Source: Breznakia blatticola
Lineage (GTDB): Bacteria; Bacillota_I; Bacilli_A; Erysipelotrichales; Erysipelotrichaceae
Direction of reading: 5' to 3'
DNA length: 32,000 nucleotides
NCBI RefSeq assembly: GCF_004365815.1
Contig: NZ_SODD01000001.1
Coordinates: 1-32,000 of the forward strand
Both the position numbers and the translations under genes were made by a program. The notes under the pieces were generated by a model that saw nothing but the letters and a program-made list of their open reading frames with translations, was not told the DNA's origin and made no database searches. Below are positions 16,857 through 23,360 of this stretch, piece by piece (the first letter of the stretch is position 1; each line of letters starts with the position of its first letter).

Positions 16857-16884
16857 ATTGTAACATATCACTTTTCAGTGTCAA
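16857..16884 (-). promoter_or_regulatory. Promoter of the T-box/metY-metA unit
   Basis: The minus strand reads TTGACA (16879-16884), a 16-nt spacer ending in TGT, then TACAAT (16857-16862). Confidence 0.6.
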
Positions 16885-16963
16885 TCACGAAATGTATTTT
16901 TTATATTTTCTTGACAACTAATCAAGTAATTGCTTTCACTCACTTAAATGTTTCTCTATTTTT

Positions 16964-17491
16964 CTATCCTTCAGGATTGTATTCTATATCTTCGTATCCT
17001 TGTTCTACATACCATTCCAAGTAATCAAAGAAACCTTCATGACTCAATCCATATTCTCTATAATATTCGTTTACCCATGCCTCTGCTTCCTTCATGCTTT
17101 CAATTACTTCTTCATCACAATCAGTTTCTTCTGTTTCATAATAGTACATACAATATGTCATATTAGTATCTTTGCTATTATAAAACCTTGCCTTTTTTTC
17201 ACGTTTATTATCTATACTATCAAATATAACAATATTCTTATCTCCTTCATATCTATAGTCAATCGAGAATATTTTCTTTCCTAACCCTCGTGATAATCGA
17301 TTGTAATTCACTCCTAAATCAATCTTTGGATCGAGAGTAACACTTATTGAAGTTGATCGAGTATCAATTGAGTCAATTATGACTCCTGCCTTATCCATTT
17401 TCTCTTGGTACTTTTCTCCACTGAATGTTTGATTGCATCCTATCAGCATACACATTACAATCAATACACTTAGGATTCTTTTTTTTCTCAT
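16964..17491 (-). CDS. Lipoprotein (175 aa) in the immunity-gene position of the LXG cassette
   Basis: MRKKRILSVLIVMCMLIGCNQTF has a signal peptide and lipobox (L-I-G-C19). The start lies 4 nt after the LXG gene stop. I recognise no family. Confidence 0.7.
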   Translation of the reverse strand: MRKKRILSVLIVMCMLIGCNQTFSGEKYQEKMDKAGVIIDSIDTRSTSISVTLDPKIDLGVNYNRLSRGLGKKIFSIDYRYEGDKNIVIFDSIDNKREKKARFYNSKDTNMTYCMYYYETEETDCDEEVIESMKEAEAWVNEYYREYGLSHEGFFDYLEWYVEQGYEDIEYNPEG

Positions 17492-17495
17492 AGTA

Positions 17496-19229
17496 TTACT
17501 CCCCTACTTTCTTATTCATAAAATTTTCAACTCGTATTACAATCTCTTCAATCTCATTCACATATTCTAAATCGTTATACAAATCTGCTACATCTACTTT
17601 AGGAAGTCTAATATATATTGTCCCCTTTTTGTCATCAATATACTCACAACCTTCAAGACTCATACACATATCTTGTATTTCACTTATTTTTTTTATTTTA
17701 CTTGGATCAATCCCATACGTTGCTATTGCATCTAACTTCTGATTATAATTATCTACTGCTTTTCCTGTAGCTTCACTAAGAATAAACTGTGTATTATTTT
17801 TCACTGTTATACACTTCAGATCAAACTCATCTACCAACCCTGAATTAAGTAATACATCTTCATCTGTAAATCTTGAAGTACTTGTATACTTTCCGTTTTT
17901 ATACTTTTCTATTTGCTTTGAATCAATTCCATACACATTCATAATATCTGACAGTGCAATTGCACCATCTACTACAGTTAGTACTCCTATTTGATCCATA
18001 AATCCGACACCATAACTCATTAATCCTAGTAGAGTATCTACTCGATCCATCATTCGCTTATTTTCTACATAATCGATTATCATTTCTTTTTCTCCTAATC
18101 GACCATGTGATTTTACTTCAAATTCCACAGCATTGTTATTACCTGAATTTGCAAACGATACTCCAGTAAGCAATCCTTTTCCATCTATCTCGTCATATGA
18201 AAATAATGTTTCTGTTCCTAATATACCTCTTAGATCTAACACATAATCTAATTGTATGCTCATTTCCAACATTGCTTCTACTTTAACAAATCGTTTCGCA
18301 TATTTTTCCCATTCGAAATCTTTGTTGTTTACATTTAGGATTCCTTCTTCTCGTAGTTTATGTTCACTCATAAAAAGTACTAATTGAAATAGAGGTGAAG
18401 GTGAATACCCATTCTTCACCTGTGATTTTTCTGTGTCATATATTCGTGTTATGTCATATGGCACATTATATCCATACGTCATAATTAATGGCATTTCACT
18501 TTCATCAATGCGAATGATAATATCCGTGATATTTTCGAATTCTTCACGACTAACGTCACCAATATCTTTCTTGAGTATTCTTTCGATATACTTCTTTCCT
18601 TCTTCAGTCAATTTACCATCTGCAGTAATGTATTTAGATAAATATGCGTCTTTCGACTCTTCTACCCATGATAAATCAACATCTGTAAACTGCAGTTTTT
18701 TAGTATCAAAACTTACATCCTTTACTACTTCAATTCCGCGCTTTAACTGTTGAATGTATATCTCTGTGTGATCATAATACTTATTTGCTTGTATGTCATA
18801 ATCATAAAGATCATCTATCTTTCTTCTCAAAACTCTTAAATTATATTGATATAGTTCTTCAATTCCTGCAGTAAACTGCATTGGCATACTTTCCAATTTT
18901 CTTAACATTCCGTTTATACTCATAATTATCGTCTCAATTTCTTCCTCATTAAGATATTGATCTCCGAGCATACATGTATATAGATTTTCAGTACTTCGAT
19001 TTGATCGAATTAGTTCCTCACACAACCAAATATGAATCTGATATAAATTATAATACACACTCCGTATATAACGTTTATGAGCTGCAAAAGCTTGTCCTTG
19101 TAATTCTTGATTCACACAAAAAGCATCAATCTCTTTCAATACAGATTGACTAGTTTCTTTCATTTCTCTTAATGCACTATTTAAATCACTGAATTGGTTT
19201 TGCATTTCTCTAAGATGGAAGGACTTCAT
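17496..19229 (-). CDS. LXG-domain protein (type VII secretion polymorphic toxin candidate), 577 aa, with an unassigned C-terminal region
   Basis: The N-terminal ~190 aa look helical and contain ELQGQAFAAHKRYIRSVYY (L43-x-G45; nt 19095-19103), the LXG signature context. There is no signal peptide. The RBS AGAGGAGGAAACAGATA is strong. The gene is flanked by small helper-like genes upstream and a candidate immunity gene downstream. Confidence 0.75.
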   Translation of the reverse strand: MKSFHLREMQNQFSDLNSALREMKETSQSVLKEIDAFCVNQELQGQAFAAHKRYIRSVYYNLYQIHIWLCEELIRSNRSTENLYTCMLGDQYLNEEEIETIIMSINGMLRKLESMPMQFTAGIEELYQYNLRVLRRKIDDLYDYDIQANKYYDHTEIYIQQLKRGIEVVKDVSFDTKKLQFTDVDLSWVEESKDAYLSKYITADGKLTEEGKKYIERILKKDIGDVSREEFENITDIIIRIDESEMPLIMTYGYNVPYDITRIYDTEKSQVKNGYSPSPLFQLVLFMSEHKLREEGILNVNNKDFEWEKYAKRFVKVEAMLEMSIQLDYVLDLRGILGTETLFSYDEIDGKGLLTGVSFANSGNNNAVEFEVKSHGRLGEKEMIIDYVENKRMMDRVDTLLGLMSYGVGFMDQIGVLTVVDGAIALSDIMNVYGIDSKQIEKYKNGKYTSTSRFTDEDVLLNSGLVDEFDLKCITVKNNTQFILSEATGKAVDNYNQKLDAIATYGIDPSKIKKISEIQDMCMSLEGCEYIDDKKGTIYIRLPKVDVADLYNDLEYVNEIEEIVIRVENFMNKKVGE

Positions 19230-19458
19230 TATCTGTTTCCTCCTCTTTACTTATTTCTCTTTCTATTTCTTCTAACTCTTGACTTACTTTATTCATTGCC
19301 CTTTTATGAATATCCAAGCTTTCTTTTGACATATTCCCACTGTCAGTCAAAGGAAATATCTCATAAAGATTTGCAAACAATTCATTGCTTTCCTTTAATA
19401 ATTCTCTTAGTTCTTCAAGTTTCCCTTTTTGTATATACAACACATCTTTATTATTCAT
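19210..19458 (-). CDS. Small acidic helical protein (82 aa) in the Lap2/DUF3958-like helper position
   Basis: The composition is rich in heptad-like Leu/Glu repeats (KGKLEELRELLKESNELFANLYE...VSQELEEIEREISKEEE). Its ATG overlaps the stop of the 87-aa gene (ATGA), and its 3' end overlaps the LXG gene by 20 nt. The assignment rests on synteny and size. Confidence 0.5.
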   Translation of the reverse strand: MNNKDVLYIQKGKLEELRELLKESNELFANLYEIFPLTDSGNMSKESLDIHKRAMNKVSQELEEIEREISKEEETDNEVLPS

Positions 19459-19718
19459 TTTCCAATTTCATCTCCAATCTTCGCATCAAGATTTTTAAAG
19501 TTTTTGGAAATAGTTTCTACTTTACCTATATCTCTTTTAAAGTAATTATGAATACTTTTGTGTATAGTAAAAGTTTCATTTGCTTGAAATGAAATTCTTT
19601 CTTGTGTAGATAGATTAGTAGCAGATGAATATTTTACTTGATTGATAGTTGTTTTTACTTTAGTTTGTAGTTTATTAAGAAAACTACTTATATACTTATG
19701 ATTAACTCGCACTGGCAT
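19455..19718 (-). CDS. Small T7SS-effector-like protein (87 aa) of the TIGR04197/DUF3130 (Lap1-like) type
   Basis: First gene of the cassette, with the RBS GAGGGGAAAAGA. Its length, its Ser/Thr/Asn/Gln-rich N-terminal and central part, and its C-terminal ...VETISKNFKNLDAKIGDEIGK resemble the F-x-x-x-D-x-x-I/L tail of SACOL2603-family proteins. Confidence 0.55.
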   Translation of the reverse strand: MPVRVNHKYISSFLNKLQTKVKTTINQVKYSSATNLSTQERISFQANETFTIHKSIHNYFKRDIGKVETISKNFKNLDAKIGDEIGK

Positions 19719-19748
19719 TCTTTTCCCCTCATATCATTTAATTATATA

Positions 19749-19776
19749 ATTATAACAGTTGAGATTTTTTCGTCAA
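19749..19776 (-). promoter_or_regulatory. Strong sigma-A-type promoter of the LXG cassette
   Basis: The minus strand reads TTGACG (19771-19776), a 16-nt spacer ending in TGT, then TATAAT (19749-19754). It lies about 30 nt upstream of the first gene's RBS. Confidence 0.6.
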
Positions 19777-19827
19777 TCTTCGTTTGCTTTACCTAAAATT
19801 CGAAAAATGTAGTATTTTTTGTATTTT

Positions 19828-21285
19828 CTACTTTATTTTACTTAGTGCAGTTTCATTTACCCAAATGGAAACGGAACCATCATTCACTGGGAATTGAGCA
19901 CGACCATCTTCTTCAATCACCAGTTTCTCACTACGATTTCCAAGACAGTCCACAAAGATATGACCGGCTTGCATTGCCCCAACACTCATGCGTTTACTTC
20001 CACCTTTTGCATTGGTTAAAACAATGGCAATTCCTGAATCTGGATGTTCCAAATCTCCATAACGAGTAAACCCAACAATATCTGGATCATCAAAATAATC
20101 CATTTGTGAGCCATACGCTAAACATTCACGCGCTTTGATAATGGTACGAATTGGTGTCTTTACTTCTCCTGTTTGTACATCAAATAAATCGGTGTAAAAA
20201 ACACAAGGAATTCCTTCATCTCTAAGTAATATCAAGCTATAGGCCTGTAATTTAAACCATTCCTCTACCCAAGATTCTAAGCTTTGTCCTTGTTGGGTAT
20301 CATGATTATCCACAAAGGTAACTGCCCAATCATGTCTTGAAGCAAGTAAGGTTTGATCAAAGATTTTTCGCATATCGTATGTACCATTTGAACTGCTTGC
20401 ATGGAATAAATTAAAGTGTAATGGCACATCAAATAGATGCATCATCCCACCACATGAATCTAAGTAATTTTCCAAACGTTCGACTTCTCCATTCCAGTAT
20501 TCACCTACTGCAAATAGTTCACGTCCAGCTTCTTCATTTCGCTTTTTTAGCCAATCGATAAAAAATGAAAATTGAATGTGTTTGACGGCATCAATGCGAA
20601 ATCCATCCACATGGGTTTGTTCAAGATACCAACGCCCCCATAAATCAAGTTGTTCCACCGTTTCTTTGTAGTCCATATCCAAATCGGCACCCATTAAATA
20701 ATCATAGTTTCCATTGTCGTGGTCAACTTCACTTTCCCACTGTTTTCCTTCAAATCCCCAAATAGCATTATTTCCTGTGCGTTCATCATGATTTACACCT
20801 TTAAAGTTTTTCCATGTCCATGTGTAATCATTATATTTTTGCTGGCGATTTGGAAAAGTAAACTTCGTCCACGCAAGAATACTTTCTGGTTGACTGATAA
20901 CTTTGTTTCGGTTGTTATCGGCAAAACGTAAGGCCTCTACTTCTTCGGTTTCGTCTGCTCCTAAAAAGTGATCAAAAACAATATCGGCATATACTTGAAC
21001 ATCGCAATAATGAAATGTATCAATAAGATCATGATATTCTTGTTTCGTTCCATATTTTGTTGGTACACTTCCTTTTTGATCGAATTCTCCTAAATCATAT
21101 AAGTCATAGGTTCCATATCCTACATCATCGATTCCTTGTGCACCTTTATATGCTGGAGGTAACCATACACCTGTAATTCCCGCTTCTTTGATCGTATTTG
21201 CTTTATCTGCTAAAAAACGCCAATGACTCGCATCGGCTTTTACATACCATTCAAATCCCTGTAAAATTGTCTTGTTTCTCTTCAT
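19828..21285 (-). CDS. Cytoplasmic alpha-amylase (GH13, Bacillus licheniformis / E. coli AmyA-like)
   Basis: MKRNKTILQGFEWY..., GVWLPPAYKG, DGFRIDAVKHI (catalytic Asp region), EYW and FVDNHDTQ are conserved GH13 regions I-IV. There is no signal peptide. Confidence 0.9.
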   Translation of the reverse strand: MKRNKTILQGFEWYVKADASHWRFLADKANTIKEAGITGVWLPPAYKGAQGIDDVGYGTYDLYDLGEFDQKGSVPTKYGTKQEYHDLIDTFHYCDVQVYADIVFDHFLGADETEEVEALRFADNNRNKVISQPESILAWTKFTFPNRQQKYNDYTWTWKNFKGVNHDERTGNNAIWGFEGKQWESEVDHDNGNYDYLMGADLDMDYKETVEQLDLWGRWYLEQTHVDGFRIDAVKHIQFSFFIDWLKKRNEEAGRELFAVGEYWNGEVERLENYLDSCGGMMHLFDVPLHFNLFHASSSNGTYDMRKIFDQTLLASRHDWAVTFVDNHDTQQGQSLESWVEEWFKLQAYSLILLRDEGIPCVFYTDLFDVQTGEVKTPIRTIIKARECLAYGSQMDYFDDPDIVGFTRYGDLEHPDSGIAIVLTNAKGGSKRMSVGAMQAGHIFVDCLGNRSEKLVIEEDGRAQFPVNDGSVSIWVNETALSKIK

Positions 21286-21369
21286 ATTCCCTCATTCTTC
21301 GTTACCTATTATACCCTTTTTTTGGCACTAACAAAACTCTAAAGCAAGAGGATATCAATCATAATCAAA

Positions 21370-22038
21370 CTAGAGGGCTAATTCGTAACTTGTATCAATG
21401 CGACGTTTTATTTCCTCAATAGGCACAGAGTCATCAAGAATTATCGTATACCAATGTTTCTTATTCATGTGATAGCCAATATGATATCGTTTATAATCAA
21501 TCAAGTGTTCTAATTCTTCTGGTTTTGCACGTAAGCCGATAACCTCTACTTTTTTTGTATCTGCTAGGCCAAGTTTTTGTTTGGAAATACACATCATTGT
21601 CCCAAACCATTTATTACTATCTGCACGACGTAATATCGCATTATCAGAAAACTTCTCCCATAGAAATTCAAGTTCTGCATGATACATTTCACGAACATAA
21701 TGTAGAATCTCTTGGGCTTGTTGACTATGAAAGATTCCTTGTTCAAAACATGCGTCTTTGATCGCAATAAGCACCGCTTCATATTCACAACGAACCGTGG
21801 CTATAAATGCACCGCCCTCAATGTTTGCTTCATGTAAAAGATATGGTTCATCTGTATCTACATCAACCAGTTTGGTTTGCACATGACCTTCCATATCAAT
21901 TTCTACTTTCATTATAAATTGCTCATTTACAATTTTCGTAGTGTATACAAATCTTGAATTTGATTGCACAAATCCATATGCTTCTAATGTATCAAAATTA
22001 ACTTGTTCATTTTCAAAAATGTAATCGACTCGTTTCAT
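21370..22038 (-). CDS. MmcQ/YjbR-family (putative DNA-binding) protein with an extra ~100-aa N-terminal domain
   Basis: The C-terminal half, ...NKWFGTMMCISKQKLGL...HMNKKHWYTIILDDSVPIEEIKRRIDTSYELA, matches the YjbR fold signature (HWxT/I..D). The N-terminal half is unassigned. Confidence 0.65.
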   Translation of the reverse strand: MKRVDYIFENEQVNFDTLEAYGFVQSNSRFVYTTKIVNEQFIMKVEIDMEGHVQTKLVDVDTDEPYLLHEANIEGGAFIATVRCEYEAVLIAIKDACFEQGIFHSQQAQEILHYVREMYHAELEFLWEKFSDNAILRRADSNKWFGTMMCISKQKLGLADTKKVEVIGLRAKPEELEHLIDYKRYHIGYHMNKKHWYTIILDDSVPIEEIKRRIDTSYELAL

Positions 22039-22073
22039 GTACCTATCATATCATGTAGACAGTCACTTGCGTA

Positions 22074-22100
22074 TAAGAAAAGCATGTGCAAGCACATGCT
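22074..22100 (-). terminator. Probable terminator after the S-component-like gene
   Basis: AGCATGTGC (22081-22089) pairs with GCACATGCT (22092-22100). On the minus strand it is followed by TTTCTTA. The stem overlaps the stop codon. Confidence 0.55.
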
Positions 22101-22599
22101 AGAGTTTGTATTTTATACTAAGTTGACCAAGTACTTGGTTTACTTTTGAAAATAGTATTAGCATAATCATAAAATTGGCAATTCCGTGAATTACATCGTA
22201 TGGAATTCCACGCACATAATATGCAACTCCTATTTCAAATGACATCATAAAGTATGGAATCGAAAATAAGAAACCAAAACTTAAACCAAATAGTCCGCTA
22301 AAAAATGCCCAACGATATTCATCTGTACATATCTTTTTACACAATTTCGTTATACAAACAAGTCCTGGCCAAACCATGAAATAAACAGGTGTCCAAGTTC
22401 CTACGCCATAAAGAATCATTTGCAGAAAGCAAAAGAGTACGCTTATAAATAAACATCCACGTAGTTGAAAATGTAACGCATACATAATCAGTAGAAAGCT
22501 CACCAATTCGACATTTGGTAGAAAGGCTAACATCTCTTTGGAAACAACAAGTAAAGCTGCACACATTGTGTAAATGACAATACTTTGCACATTACGCAT
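22099..22599 (-). CDS. Small polytopic membrane protein (~166 aa, about 5-6 TM), ECF-transporter S-component-like; candidate cobalamin-specific
   Basis: The hydrophobic profile and size are typical of ECF S components. The gene is co-transcribed behind a cobalamin riboswitch. The start is uncertain: ATG at 22599 or TTG at 22608, neither with a strong RBS. Confidence 0.55.
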   Translation of the reverse strand: MRNVQSIVIYTMCAALLVVSKEMLAFLPNVELVSFLLIMYALHFQLRGCLFISVLFCFLQMILYGVGTWTPVYFMVWPGLVCITKLCKKICTDEYRWAFFSGLFGLSFGFLFSIPYFMMSFEIGVAYYVRGIPYDVIHGIANFMIMLILFSKVNQVLGQLSIKYKL

Positions 22600-22600
22600 G

Positions 22601-23032
22601 TTATTCAAAAGCCATTAAAGTAAATGTAAAGCTATCGTTATCAACGATATTTAAATCTTCAGCTGACGGGCAAAAATCTGCTTTTGTACATTGTTCATTT
22701 GTATCTGATGTATAAGTCCAAAATGTATTGGCAGTTTTATCTTCTTTATACATTTTTGAGCCACCCATTCCCGTAATATACATTCCATAGTCACTGTTTG
22801 TATAGTCTAGTTTAATGGTTTTTTCATCCTTCAATTCTTTTAGTAAATCAGCAAGTGAACTTGCATTAGTTTTTACTTGTTCATTGAAGACTTCTTTGTC
22901 ATCAGCAACAATTACGACTTGCACTGTTTTTTTACTATCATCTTTGTTGAGTTCGCGATATCCATAGATTCCACCTACAACAGCAAGTAGTAAAACGAGT
23001 GCTCCAACTATCAATTTTGTTTTTTTATTCAT
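22601..23032 (-). CDS. Membrane-anchored exported protein (143 aa), DUF4430 / transcobalamin-beta-domain-like; candidate surface B12-binding protein
   Basis: The N-terminal anchor is MNKKTKLIVGALVLLLAVVGGIYGY. The mature part includes ...YGMYITGMGG...FWTYTSD..., resembling DUF4430 proteins. It is the first gene after the cobalamin riboswitch. Confidence 0.55.
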   Translation of the reverse strand: MNKKTKLIVGALVLLLAVVGGIYGYRELNKDDSKKTVQVVIVADDKEVFNEQVKTNASSLADLLKELKDEKTIKLDYTNSDYGMYITGMGGSKMYKEDKTANTFWTYTSDTNEQCTKADFCPSAEDLNIVDNDSFTFTLMAFE

Positions 23033-23085
23033 CTATCTCTCTCTTTCCTTGTTTCAACCCTAGAAAACAATTATAAACATTAGAC

Positions 23086-23233
23086 AATGGCAGGTCTTCT
23101 GACTCTACTTCAACAAGCATATCCCTTCCCATGGATTCCACAGTGGTTTGATATACTTTCCATATTACAGCTGCTAGGACAGTTGTAGATTCTCACTACA
23201 TTCCCTATTCTCCATCTTTAGGATGGCACCATT
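23086..23233 (-). promoter_or_regulatory. Cobalamin (B12) riboswitch
   Basis: The minus strand reads AATGGTGCCATCC..AATAGGGAA..GTGAGAATC..AGCAGCTGTAAT..CCACTG..GGGAAGG..GAGTCAGAAGACCTGCC. This includes the B12 box AGTCAGAAGACCTGCC (plus-strand 23089-23104). A TGCTATAAT extended -10 lies at about 23255-23263. Confidence 0.85.
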
Positions 23234-23323
23234 GAATATAAATTGACATTGATTATTATAGCATGCAAGTCAAGTTTCATATAAACAAAAAATCTCAGCA
23301 TATGTTGATAAAGGAAGCAAAGT

Positions 23324-23356
23324 AAAGAGATATGGCACAATAATCCATATCTCTTT
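23324..23356 (-). terminator. Hairpin just downstream of metH (possible terminator)
   Basis: AAAGAGATATGG (23324-23335) pairs perfectly with CCATATCTCTTT (23345-23356). The trailing minus-strand sequence, ACTTTGCTTCCTTT, is only moderately U-rich. Confidence 0.45.
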
Positions 23357-23360
23357 TCCT

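Noticed and set aside
16563-17024. A 153-aa plus-strand ORF between metY and the lipoprotein gene.
   Set aside because: It runs antisense through the T-box leader, its terminator and the met promoter, and then into the lipoprotein gene. It has no RBS, and its low-complexity translation is typical of a shadow ORF in A/T-rich DNA.
17943-18035. A hydrophobic Gly-rich stretch (residues ~399-429) in the LXG protein, considered as a possible transmembrane or pore-forming segment.
   Set aside because: It is interrupted by Asp residues (D412, D421, D428) and Gln, so it is not a clear TM helix. I kept it only as a descriptive feature of the unassigned domain.
22337-22564. A 75-aa same-strand ORF nested in the S-component-like gene.
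   Set aside because: It is an alternative frame of a membrane-protein gene, with no RBS and no recognisable features.
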